The notes under the pieces: generated by a model | Databases searched by the model: none | The model's input: the letters and a program-made list of their open reading frames with translations, nothing else | Told to the model about the DNA's origin: nothing | Assembly (NCBI GenBank): GCA_965223905.1 | Contig: CBDCXV010000010.1 | Coordinates: 736,001-800,000, forward strand | Length of the DNA stretch: 64,000 nt | Origin: Candidatus Latescibacterota bacterium | GTDB lineage: Bacteria; Latescibacterota; UBA2968; UBA8231 | Direction of reading: 5' to 3' | Translations under genes and position numbers: made by a program | Part shown: positions 28,104 to 37,141 of the stretch, one piece after another | Layout: the number at the start of each line of letters is the position of its first letter | How positions within the stretch are numbered: the stretch's first letter is position 1

Positions 28104-28652
28104 ATGAGAAGGCTTCCGTTGTTTGCGGCAATCGCTTTCGCGGCGGCGGTTCCGTCGCCGGCCTGGAGCCCCCCCGCAGAGACCGCAGCTCTGAAATCGA
28201 TCAACAGCGCCCTGCAGGCCTGGGTGCAGGCGGTAGATGCCGGCAATCCCTATCTCCTGCTCGACCTCGAGACGGCGGAGGTGCGATTGATGCAGCAGAA
28301 TGCCCTGCTGCGCAGCTGCCCTGCAGTCGTCGACTCATTCACCGGAGGCAACGGCGAACGGGAAGTGCTGGGGAAGATCCGCCGCTACTGGCGCGCCCCG
28401 GAAGGCCGCGGGAGCACGGGGAATCCGCGGTCGGCATTCGACTGGGAGGACTACCTCGCCGAGGACGGCGACAGGGACTGCGCCCTGTGGTTTTCAGGTC
28501 GCCTGCTGATCTACGCCGCGCGGGAGTGGGGGACGGTTCGGGCGCCGAGTGTGCGCCTGAACGAAGGGGACATCCGCGCCCTCTACAACGCCGCCCGGCC
28601 CGGGATGCCGCTGATCGTCCTGCCGGCCGGATGGAACTCCGCGGGCCGATGA
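28104..28652 (+). CDS. Secreted protein, degenerate L,D-transpeptidase-like
   Basis: Signal peptide; PYLLLD, ALWF, VRL...D...LY.....G.PL parallel the LDT at 25593, but HG/HGC catalytic residues are absent. Confidence 0.5.
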   Translation: MRRLPLFAAIAFAAAVPSPAWSPPAETAALKSINSALQAWVQAVDAGNPYLLLDLETAEVRLMQQNALLRSCPAVVDSFTGGNGEREVLGKIRRYWRAPEGRGSTGNPRSAFDWEDYLAEDGDRDCALWFSGRLLIYAAREWGTVRAPSVRLNEGDIRALYNAARPGMPLIVLPAGWNSAGR

Positions 28653-28783
28653 TTCGTCGGCCTGCCTGTCCGACAGAAAGACCCGGTGATTCACTCCGCA
28701 TGACTGGACTTGCGGACTTCGCGACCGAACAGGCGTTCGCCGGGCGGTTTTCGCGGCGACCGCCTGCGGCCTCCGGATGCCCC

Positions 28784-29941
28784 CTACAGGTGGACGTTGA
28801 CGACCCCCGTGTCCATGAGGGTTCTGACAGTAATCCCCAGGCCGACGGCGATGATGATGACCGAGCTGACGACCGGAAGGCGTTGAATCCACTTGCTGTC
28901 CCCGGAAAAACGGTCGACGAGCGGACGCGCCTTCACCATGAGCACGCCGATGGCGATCAGGACCGCGGCCAGCCCGACGCTGAAAGCGAGCAGCAGCAGC
29001 AGCCCGAAGGCGATGCGATGCAGGGCCACGGCCAGCAGCAGGATCACCAGCGCCCCGTGACACGGGACGATACCGCCGGAAATTCCGAGGGCCAGGAGGC
29101 TTCCCAGGGTCACCCTGTCGGGAATCTCGTGGCTGTGGGAATGGCCGTGCCCATGGTGGTCATCCTCCTCTTCATGGCCGTGGTCATGGTGGCTGTGGTC
29201 GTGATGGTGCTCATGGTCACCGTGGTGGTCGTGATGGTGGTGACCGCGGGTGTCCAGCTTCCTCAAGTGACCGGCGAGGAGCCATATGCCGAGAGCCATG
29301 ATCAGAACTCCGGAGGCGGTTCCGAGCCAGGGGAAGATCTGCTCGGGTTGGACGTACTGGGTGGCGAAGAGCGCCACCAGGCCCAGCATGATCACACTGA
29401 AGGTGTGCGTGAAGGTGACTACTCCACCCAGAAACATGGCGTTGCCCACGGTACCCCGCGAGCCGACCAGGTAGGCAGCTACCACGGTCTTGCCGTGGCC
29501 CGGCTCAAGGCCGTGGGCGGCCCCGAGAAAGAGGGCCAGCGCCAGCGCCCCCATAATCAGGCCCAGGCTCAGCTCTTCCGAGCGCAGCAGATCGCTGAGT
29601 ACATCCGTGTCCTCCTCCGTGGCGGCGGCTGTCCCGCCCCGGCCCTCCTCCTGCCAGACGACGCGAACGGTCGCGGCGGCGGCCCTTCCCGGCGGCGGGC
29701 TCGCCAAATCCGAGCCGGCATCCCGGACGAACGCCCCCTCTGTCCCAGCGCCTGAAGGGTCCGCGGCCGGCACCTCTCCCCGGACCGGCGAAATGCCGGC
29801 GTCGAGAATCGGCGCTCCTCCGTTTCCAATGGCGGGCGACCTTCCGGGGACAGTGGGGCCGTAGAGGGTGAGATGATCCGTCCGGACCGGGAGGGCGCTC
29901 ATCAGCCCTGCGAGTATCAGGTACGTCAGTCGAATCCGCAT
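28784..29941 (-). CDS. RcnA-like nickel/cobalt efflux transporter with His-rich loop
   Basis: GGAGG RBS; HGLEPGHGKT, H(T)FSV, GGIVPC; His/Asp/Glu-rich loop; N-terminal exported extension. Confidence 0.88.
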   Translation of the reverse strand: MRIRLTYLILAGLMSALPVRTDHLTLYGPTVPGRSPAIGNGGAPILDAGISPVRGEVPAADPSGAGTEGAFVRDAGSDLASPPPGRAAAATVRVVWQEEGRGGTAAATEEDTDVLSDLLRSEELSLGLIMGALALALFLGAAHGLEPGHGKTVVAAYLVGSRGTVGNAMFLGGVVTFTHTFSVIMLGLVALFATQYVQPEQIFPWLGTASGVLIMALGIWLLAGHLRKLDTRGHHHHDHHGDHEHHHDHSHHDHGHEEEDDHHGHGHSHSHEIPDRVTLGSLLALGISGGIVPCHGALVILLLAVALHRIAFGLLLLLAFSVGLAAVLIAIGVLMVKARPLVDRFSGDSKWIQRLPVVSSVIIIAVGLGITVRTLMDTGVVNVHL

Positions 29942-30036
29942 CGTTTTCCTCCACCATAACTGCGGGGTTTGCCGTAAAAGAGTAAGGCAACGCGGTCTTG
30001 CGGGCATCCGATTCGTGTAATGACGCAGTAAAATAC

Positions 30037-30079
30037 TTGACTTCCTACAATATTAGTGTACTATATACATAGTAAACTA
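30037..30079 (+). promoter_or_regulatory. Promoter with YtrA-type operator palindrome
   Basis: TTGACT-16 nt-TACTAT; TAGTGTACTAT-atac-ATAGTAAACTA inverted repeat (1 mismatch) over the -10. Confidence 0.75.
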
Positions 30080-30211
30080 TGTCAATAGGACACCGATGTG
30101 GTCCCACCCGTTACCTCCCTTAATCCGATCGGCACAGCGCCGCCGCTGCGAAACGGGATCGACCGTCAATGGATGTCGAGATTGTGAGAGACATCGGAAT
30201 GGGGCGAATTG

Positions 30212-30583
30212 ATGGCCCTCGACTTTGATCCAACCCGTCCCATCTACCTGCAGATCATGGGGGAGGTGAAAAAACGCACCGCTCAGGGAGTCTATAGGGC
30301 CGGGGACCGTTTGCCGTCGGTGCGGGAGATGGCCGCTGAAATGGGGGTAAATCCCAACACCATGTCCAGGGCCTACATGGAGCTGGAGCGCGAGGGGTTC
30401 ATTACGACGCGACGCGGCCATGGATCTTCGATAACCGAAAGCACCGAACGGATCGACAGCGAGCGCCGCACCCTGGCCCGGAAGGCGCGGGACCGCTTCG
30501 TCTCGGAGGTCCGCGGCCTGGCGCTCTCACGAGCCCAGATCGAGGACCTGGTTGGCGGAATCCTAACGGAGGCAACCCGATGA
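30212..30583 (+). CDS. GntR family regulator, YtrA subfamily
   Basis: PIYLQI, LPSVRE.A....VNPNT..RAY.ELE.EG; short C-domain. Confidence 0.93.
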   Translation: MALDFDPTRPIYLQIMGEVKKRTAQGVYRAGDRLPSVREMAAEMGVNPNTMSRAYMELEREGFITTRRGHGSSITESTERIDSERRTLARKARDRFVSEVRGLALSRAQIEDLVGGILTEATR

Positions 30584-31269
30584 TAGAAGTGAAGAACCTG
30601 TGGAAGCGATATCCCGGTGTAACCGCCCTCGGGGGCATCTCCCTGACCGTCGCACGCGGACGGGTGATGGGCATCCTCGGAGAAAACGGGAGCGGCAAGA
30701 GCACGCTCTTCAAGATCCTGGCCGGGGTCGCCCGTCCCAGCGAAGGCAGCGCCCGCATCTCCGGACTCCCGGTGGGGGTCGAAACCCGCCGCATTACCGC
30801 CTACCTGCCCGAGGTCAGTCCCTTTTACGACTGGATGGGCGTAGTCGAGCAGCTCGAGTTCCTGGCCGCCTTCTTCCCGGGGTGGGACATGGAGAAGTCG
30901 CGCCGGCTTCTCGCCATCATGAACGTCGACGGCCACCGGAAGATCGGCTCCCTTTCCGACGGCCAGCGGGCGCGGCTCAAGGTGGCGGCCGCCTTCTCCT
31001 GGCCGAGTGAGGTAGTGCTGATGGACGAGCCGCTGGGGCGCATCGACCCGCCGTCGCGCCGGCGCATCCTGGAAACCTTGCTCAGTGAGTTCCGCTTCGG
31101 AGAGCAGACGATCCTGATCTCGACCCATCTCGTCGGCGAAGTGGAAGAGCTGATAGAGGAGGTCGCCTTCCTGCGGCATGGCGAAATCGCGGTCAGCGGC
31201 GACGTCGAGGATCTGAGGGAGAATCGCGGCATGTCCCTCGGCGACATTTTCGAGGAGGTGGTAGCGTGA
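30580..31269 (+). CDS. ABC transporter ATP-binding protein
   Basis: GENGSGKST, LSDGQ, MDEP, STH. Confidence 0.95.
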   Translation: MIEVKNLWKRYPGVTALGGISLTVARGRVMGILGENGSGKSTLFKILAGVARPSEGSARISGLPVGVETRRITAYLPEVSPFYDWMGVVEQLEFLAAFFPGWDMEKSRRLLAIMNVDGHRKIGSLSDGQRARLKVAAAFSWPSEVVLMDEPLGRIDPPSRRRILETLLSEFRFGEQTILISTHLVGEVEELIEEVAFLRHGEIAVSGDVEDLRENRGMSLGDIFEEVVA

Positions 31270-32042
31270 ATACCTGGAAGAGCCTGTACCTGAAAGAGAT
31301 CAAGGAGCACCGCACCCTGTTCGTTCTGCTGCCGCTGGTGACCGCCTTCCTGGAGATCATTGCGGTCCTGTCTTTCGACGATGCCCAGGTCCTCCCCTCC
31401 ATCCACGTCCTGTGGAGCTTCGTCCCCTACGCGTGGCTGCTGGTCCTGCCTTTCGCGTTCAGTCACTCGTTCACCCAGGAAGTGAAAGGACAGACCCATT
31501 TCCTGCTCCTCTCCCTGCCGGTATCCCGGGCCCGGATCTTCGCCGCCAAGGCCGCGGCGGTGGCGACCCTAGGCATCATCCTGTTCGGCATGAGCAGCGC
31601 CGGTCTCTTCGCCGTTCTCGGCGAATTGCGCGCCCTCGCCGACCGGGTGGCGGAGGTGCGAATCTCTCCCTTCACCGCCCTGGACGTCCTGGTGCTCAAC
31701 GGGGTCATCTACCTGTCTGCCATGGGGGTCATGCTGGGCATCGCCGGCGGTATCGCCGGCCTCAGGCTGTTGGTGCGGCGCTTTTCCGGACTGGCGTCCG
31801 CGGCCTTCACCATCTTCGTGCTGTACTGGTATATCCGCACCCTGCCCGAGGTGCTCGCCCTGCCGGCGGTCCTCGGGACCTACGAGCTGTCGCTGCGGAT
31901 CGACTCCGCCGCCGGCATCCCCCTGGCCGTGGGTCTGGATTCCGTCGAGGTCAATTTCATGATCGCCGCGTACTCGATCGCCGTCGGGGTCGTCTCCATG
32001 GGATTCGGAATGTGGCTCTTCGAGAAGAGGGCGGAAGCCTGA
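31266..32042 (+). CDS. ABC-2 type permease
   Basis: About six TM segments, KE.KE start, LLSLPVSR..IF.AK; coupled to the ATPase. Confidence 0.85.
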   Translation: MNTWKSLYLKEIKEHRTLFVLLPLVTAFLEIIAVLSFDDAQVLPSIHVLWSFVPYAWLLVLPFAFSHSFTQEVKGQTHFLLLSLPVSRARIFAAKAAAVATLGIILFGMSSAGLFAVLGELRALADRVAEVRISPFTALDVLVLNGVIYLSAMGVMLGIAGGIAGLRLLVRRFSGLASAAFTIFVLYWYIRTLPEVLALPAVLGTYELSLRIDSAAGIPLAVGLDSVEVNFMIAAYSIAVGVVSMGFGMWLFEKRAEA

Positions 32043-32108
32043 ACGGACCCCGCTCGAGGCAGATCCGCTTATGAGGGGCGAGAGCGAACGACCCCCCGAG
32101 ACAGCGGT

Positions 32109-33887
32109 TCAAGGGACGAAGAAGACGAAGAAGAGCCCGCCGACGATCAGGCCCGAGAGCCCGATCTCAACCGCCTTGTTCCCTGGATCCACGGAGACCC
32201 GGTCCACGGTTTCCGAACCGCCCAGCCACTGGTTTCCCACCGAGGGAACCGTTTCGACCCCGTATCCCCGTATTCTACTGATCCAGGACAGCTCGCGGTC
32301 GGCATTCTCGAAAGAGAGAAACAGGTCGCCGATCGCCTCCCGGCGGCGCTTTGCCGCCATCGGATTCCAGCCCTTCTGCGGCGAGTACACGACGCGGGCA
32401 TCGACGACCCGGTAGCTGAGGGCGGCCCCCGAATCCCCCCCGGAATCCGGAGATTTCACGGCCACGCGGTATCCTCTCCTGATAAGCTCTGCGGTCAGGA
32501 TGTCCTCTGCTATCCAGTTCCTGTCGTCTTCTTCCGCGGCCCCGAGCTCGATCCGGGAACCAGCGGCCAGCGGAAGGTCGACGAGCTCTCTACGCACCCG
32601 TGCCTGAAGCGCCGCCTGGACGGCTTCGAGGTCGGTCCTGGTTTCGACCCCCGCACCCCAGGCTTCCTCCCCGATCTGCGGCGGCTCCTCGACCACTCTC
32701 ACCACGACGTCTCCGGACAGGGGAACCGGATCCCCTCCGGCTTCGGGGTAGAATGCGCTCTCGCATGCGAACAGACCGGAGCGAATCGGCCGCAGCCCCA
32801 GGGAGACCTCGACCTGCCCCCCGGGGGCCAGCTCTTCGGATTCGGGGCGGACGACCAGGTGCGGCCAAGCGGATGGCCAGCCCGGGAAGGTGACTTGATC
32901 GGAAGGGGTGGATTCGACTTCCGCTCGCGCGGCCGGAGAGCCGTCCACGATGGCGATTTCACGAAAGCTGTCGGGAACCGGGGCGCGCAACTCCCGCACC
33001 GGGATCGAGGTCGGCGAGTCATTGCGCCAGGTGAACTTCAGCTCGGTACTGCTCCCCTTCACGGCATGGTCCCCTGAAAAAGCTGCCGACGCCTCGGGCA
33101 CGGGGAGAAGGTCGAGGTGGACGGCGGGCAGCGGCGACCCGTAGACAGAAGCCGAACCCGCCATGCCTTTCAGAGCAACGGTTTCCACCGCTCCGGTGCG
33201 CACCTGCAGATCGCAGGTGACGGCAACGCTGTCCCCCGCCTCCACGGGGGTGGCGAGCTCTGCTTCCGGCGCACCGTCGAGCACCTGCACCACCTCCGGC
33301 CACTCCCAGACCAGCGACTCGAGGGGACGCCCTTCCGTATCGAGGTTGCGAATGCTGATGGCCAGCTCGAACGGTATTCCGGGGTACACCGCGGTCGGCC
33401 GGGCGGAGACAGCGACGAGAACGGGGGATCGCACCTCGAGAGGGAATACGATTGCGTGCGCCGGGACAGCTTCCCCGTCCAGCGACGAGTAGGTGCGCAT
33501 ATCAAGAACCAGCGACGCCTCGGGAGTGGCGGTGATCCGGAGGGTATCCTCTGCAACTGCCGCAAGCGGGGCACTGCCGTAGTCTATCTCGATCCGGCCC
33601 GAATGCAGCGCGGCGGCCCCGGCCGTCGAGGTTGCCCCCGCCACCGCCAGCAGCTGCGGATCGAAGTCGATTTCGGTGAGCAGGACAGCCTCGCCGTCGC
33701 CGGGAAAGTAGCTGAGAACAAGCGTGAGGGAATGTTCCAGGCGGGGCCCCGCAACCGCGGAGTGGTCCGCCCGGACCGAGAAGGTGGTTCGCGCCTCAAC
33801 CGCCCCCAGCCAACAGATCAGGAGGGCGACCTGCAGTCCCCCTCTCCCTTTGGAAAATGCTATAAGCGTTTTCGGGAAATTGCTCAA
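32109..33887 (-). CDS. Exported beta-rich multidomain protein with C-terminal TM anchor (start uncertain)
   Basis: Signal-like segment, repeated Ig/CARDB-like motifs (I.N....PL, W.N.S...I, L.PG..V.V), terminal GLSGLIVGGLFFVFFVP. Confidence 0.65.
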   Translation of the reverse strand: MSNFPKTLIAFSKGRGGLQVALLICWLGAVEARTTFSVRADHSAVAGPRLEHSLTLVLSYFPGDGEAVLLTEIDFDPQLLAVAGATSTAGAAALHSGRIEIDYGSAPLAAVAEDTLRITATPEASLVLDMRTYSSLDGEAVPAHAIVFPLEVRSPVLVAVSARPTAVYPGIPFELAISIRNLDTEGRPLESLVWEWPEVVQVLDGAPEAELATPVEAGDSVAVTCDLQVRTGAVETVALKGMAGSASVYGSPLPAVHLDLLPVPEASAAFSGDHAVKGSSTELKFTWRNDSPTSIPVRELRAPVPDSFREIAIVDGSPAARAEVESTPSDQVTFPGWPSAWPHLVVRPESEELAPGGQVEVSLGLRPIRSGLFACESAFYPEAGGDPVPLSGDVVVRVVEEPPQIGEEAWGAGVETRTDLEAVQAALQARVRRELVDLPLAAGSRIELGAAEEDDRNWIAEDILTAELIRRGYRVAVKSPDSGGDSGAALSYRVVDARVVYSPQKGWNPMAAKRRREAIGDLFLSFENADRELSWISRIRGYGVETVPSVGNQWLGGSETVDRVSVDPGNKAVEIGLSGLIVGGLFFVFFVP

Positions 33888-34066
33888 GTCGTTTTCTTCA
33901 CTGCACTTGCGTCAACTCAACCTAACGAACGCGGGAATGCCCTAGCTGTCAAGCTGTCCGCCGGCCCCCCCTGCCTGGCGAAGCTGACGTTTCTTGACGC
34001 TCCCGGACCTGGGTTTCATTTTTCCCGGAATCGACTGCCTCGAGCGAGGGTCGATCTGATTCGGTT

Positions 34067-34798
34067 ATGTCGGAAATTGTCTTGGTCGTGTTAGGCGCCG
34101 CGCTGGCGCTGGTTTCCCTACCGGTCGCCTTGCGCATGCGAATCGACCGGCCCCTACCCGGGGTGGCGGTGGCGATGCGTGCCGACGCCTCGCTACTCCT
34201 CGGACTCGTCGGGGTCGCCGTCACAGGTCCGGGCTCCTGGAGATTGGGTCCGACCATTGGTAAGCGCTCCCTGCCAGGCATCTCCTTTCGCCTGAGGACC
34301 CGAAGCGAAACCGGGCCCCGGGGAGAACCGGTTCGCGGGCATCAGGGACGGGGGGGCGCCCAAAAGGCAGTCGATCCGGCACCGGAGCGGACAGCCCGGG
34401 AAAGGGGACGGGCCCAATCCAAGCGCCTGCGACGGGTCCCCATGCAGCCGGCATTGGGACTGCTGCGAGCGCTGCCGCGCTCCATCAACCTGCGCAGGCT
34501 CCGCGTCGACGCCCGCGTCGGCCTGGGTGATCCCGCGAAGACCGGATACCTGTTCGGTGTCGTCCAAGGCCTGGAAGCGGGCCTGCTGCAGCGGCGAAAA
34601 CAACTGCAGGTCCGGCTCGAACCCGATTTCCGGGAGCAGGTATTGTGCGGCCGCCTCGAGATCTGCATGCATCTGTCAGTGACGCGCCTTGCCGCCTACC
34701 TTCTGCGGTTTGGCCTCGAGGTGGGAGGCAGACGGCTCTCCGAGCGCATGCGGTCCGCTCGATGGCTTCCGTTCCGGCCGGGCCGGAGACCTTCATGA
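34067..34798 (+). CDS. DUF2953 (YtfI-like) membrane protein
   Basis: N-terminal TM; GLGDPAKTG.LFG and EPDF motifs; precedes a YtfJ-like gene. Confidence 0.7.
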   Translation: MSEIVLVVLGAALALVSLPVALRMRIDRPLPGVAVAMRADASLLLGLVGVAVTGPGSWRLGPTIGKRSLPGISFRLRTRSETGPRGEPVRGHQGRGGAQKAVDPAPERTARERGRAQSKRLRRVPMQPALGLLRALPRSINLRRLRVDARVGLGDPAKTGYLFGVVQGLEAGLLQRRKQLQVRLEPDFREQVLCGRLEICMHLSVTRLAAYLLRFGLEVGGRRLSERMRSARWLPFRPGRRPS

Positions 34799-34826
34799 CC
34801 GTCAACGATAACCGGGAAATACGCCA

Positions 34827-35213
34827 GTGACCTCCGTAGAAGGACTGATCGAGCGGGTGATGGGGGAGCTGCATCGAATAGTGCAGACCAAGACCGTCGT
34901 CGGGGAGCCGGTAGAGGCCGGAGACCTGACGCTCATTCCCGTGAGCAAGATAACCTTCGGCTTCGGAGCCGGGGGCGGGCAGGAAGGCAAGGGCCAGAGC
35001 GGCACCGGCGGCGGCGCCACCGTCGAGCCGATTGCCTTCGTCGTCATCGACCAGGACGGCAAAGCCCAGATTCTCACCCTTTCCGACAAGGATGTCTCCT
35101 GGAGTCAGATCCTCGGTCTGATGCCGGAGGCGGTGTCGAAGATCAAGTCGTTCGTCGACCGCAAAGCTCGGAAAGAGGACGCGGAGAGGGAGGGGGAAGT
35201 TCCCCCGGAATGA
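34827..35213 (+). CDS. GerW/YtfJ family protein
   Basis: TVVGEP......IPVSK..FGFGAGGG, GGG..VEPIAF.VI. Confidence 0.88.
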   Translation: MTSVEGLIERVMGELHRIVQTKTVVGEPVEAGDLTLIPVSKITFGFGAGGGQEGKGQSGTGGGATVEPIAFVVIDQDGKAQILTLSDKDVSWSQILGLMPEAVSKIKSFVDRKARKEDAEREGEVPPE

Positions 35214-35310
35214 CCGCGGTCTGCCTCGCCTGCGAAAGCTGAATCGCCGCGGCTGTTGGCTGGAACCGCTCCCTTCGCCTTGGAAGGCGACGTCGCGATT
35301 CCGCAGGAAG

Positions 35311-35817
35311 TCAGGAATTCTTCTCCTGGGGAAACACCCGGAACAGTCCGTCGAGAAACAGGTGGGTGTACCAGCCGGCGAGGGCGGCCCCGGCGAATCG
35401 CATCTCCAACCCCTGCGGCAGCCCCCGGATAACCGCAATCCACCCCCCGAGGCCTGAGCCGTCCAGCTTCCACCAGGCGTAGGCCGCAGCGGCGACCGCG
35501 GCCGCCGCGATCGGACTCAGACGATGGTGGGTCCAGCCGCGGTGGTGATCCAGCACCGGCAGGAGCGCGAGCGCCGCCACCGCGGTCGCAGTTCGATACT
35601 CCCCGGCCCAGGCGAGGTACAGCAAAGCGGCAAAAACGACCTTGAAGAACCAGCGCTGCGGGCGGGACGAGGTGTCGAGATCGGGAAACAGCGAAAAGAA
35701 CAAGGCGGTGGCGAAGAGGCCCAAGGTGGTTCCGGGACGCCCGCCGCTTACTTCCGCAGCTGCCGCCACCGCGGTAGCCACCAGAACTCCTCCGACCAGG
35801 TGGCCTTTGTAACTCAC
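35311..35817 (-). CDS. Inner-membrane metal-dependent hydrolase (YdjM-like)
   Basis: H..GG, PDLD, HRG.TH, H...D motifs. Confidence 0.8.
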   Translation of the reverse strand: MSYKGHLVGGVLVATAVAAAAEVSGGRPGTTLGLFATALFFSLFPDLDTSSRPQRWFFKVVFAALLYLAWAGEYRTATAVAALALLPVLDHHRGWTHHRLSPIAAAAVAAAAYAWWKLDGSGLGGWIAVIRGLPQGLEMRFAGAALAGWYTHLFLDGLFRVFPQEKNS

Positions 35818-35848
35818 TTCCCTTCGACCCGGCAGGCGCCGGACCTTC

Positions 35849-37024
35849 TCACCGGGACCGGGGGGAGGCAGGGCGCTTTTCGAGGCGCCGGTAGAGCTGC
35901 CCGCAGGCGGCGTCGATATCCCCGCCGCGGCTATCGCGGACGGTGACCGCGGTTTCGGTGTTGGCTCTGACCAGCCCGGTGAAGCGCCTGACTCGCTGCC
36001 GGGAAGGACGTTTGAAGACCTCCTCCCCGGCGGGCAGTCCGCTCAGCTCGTTGTAGGGAATGAGGTTGATCTTGCACGGCAGCTGCCGCGACAGCGAGGC
36101 CAGGCGCACGGCATCGCCGTCGCTGTCGGTGACCCCGGCCATCAGCACGTACTCGAAAGTCACCCGGCGCCCGCGGCGCTGGTAGAAGAGACGCGCCGCC
36201 TCGAGCAACTCGGCGATCGGGAACTTGCGGTTGATCGGCATCAGACGGGTTCGGGTTTCGTCGCTGGTGGCGTTCAGGGAGATCGCCAGGCCGACGTTGA
36301 GAGCCTCGCCCGCCAGCCGTCGAATCCCGGGAACGTACCCCGCCGTAGAGACCGTGATGCGGCGACCGCCGATCCCCCCTTCCTGGGAGCGGATGATGTG
36401 CAGCGCCCGCACCACCTCGTCGTAGTTCAGCAGCGGTTCCCCCATCCCCATCATCACGATGTGGGTCACCCTTTCCCCGAGGGACCTGGAGAAATCCTGG
36501 AGTTGAAGGAGTTGATCCACGATCTGGGCGGCGCCGAGGTTGCGCAGGAAACCCATCTTCGCGGTGGCGCAGAAACGGCAGTCCAGCGGGCACCCGACCT
36601 GGGAGGACAGGCAGGCGGTCCGCCGTGCGCCGTCGGTGATATAGACCGCTTCCACCTGTCCCCCGCCCGGCACCTCGAAGAGGAATTTCACCGCCTTTCC
36701 AGCCGGCGACCGCAGGCGCTCTCGCTGGGGCATTCCGGCGACGCTCGAGCGCTCCGCCAACCGTTCCCTGAAGTTTCGGGGCAGATCGGTCATGGCGTCG
36801 AAGTCCGCGGCTCCGCGGTCGTGGATCCAGGACCAGAGTTGGCGGCCCCGGTACGGTCTCTCCCCCAACTCGACGACCAGGGCGGCCAGCTCCTGCGGCG
36901 TCAGCCCCTTGAGGTCGAGGCAGGGATCGGTTCCGGCCTCCGCCGGGAGGGTCGAGGCAGCGGTTGTCGCGGGTTCCGCGGAACTTCGCTGCGCCTGTGA
37001 ATGGTATGGAATTTCTTGACGCAT
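35849..37024 (-). CDS. rlmN: Dual-specificity RNA methyltransferase RlmN (start uncertain)
   Basis: CLSSQVGC...C.FCAT, MGMGEPL.N, NLIPYN, DI.AACGQL. Confidence 0.95.
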   Translation of the reverse strand: MRQEIPYHSQAQRSSAEPATTAASTLPAEAGTDPCLDLKGLTPQELAALVVELGERPYRGRQLWSWIHDRGAADFDAMTDLPRNFRERLAERSSVAGMPQRERLRSPAGKAVKFLFEVPGGGQVEAVYITDGARRTACLSSQVGCPLDCRFCATAKMGFLRNLGAAQIVDQLLQLQDFSRSLGERVTHIVMMGMGEPLLNYDEVVRALHIIRSQEGGIGGRRITVSTAGYVPGIRRLAGEALNVGLAISLNATSDETRTRLMPINRKFPIAELLEAARLFYQRRGRRVTFEYVLMAGVTDSDGDAVRLASLSRQLPCKINLIPYNELSGLPAGEEVFKRPSRQRVRRFTGLVRANTETAVTVRDSRGGDIDAACGQLYRRLEKRPASPRSR

Positions 37025-37044
37025 TTTTTACGTAGGTGTATAAT
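37016..37044 (+). promoter_or_regulatory. Near-consensus sigma70 promoter
   Basis: TTGACG-17 nt-TATAAT upstream of the M23 peptidase operon. Confidence 0.75.
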
Positions 37045-37141
37045 AACAAACATGTTACGGCAATTGCAAAGCTCCCCGAAGGGCTGCACTTCCCCCCGGC
37101 GTCGGCGGCGTAACCGTTCCACCCCCGACCGCCGCCCGTAC

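Noticed and set aside
29130-29245. Repetitive (GTG/ATG)-rich DNA
   Set aside because: Simply encodes the His-rich loop of the RcnA-like protein; not a CRISPR or satellite repeat.
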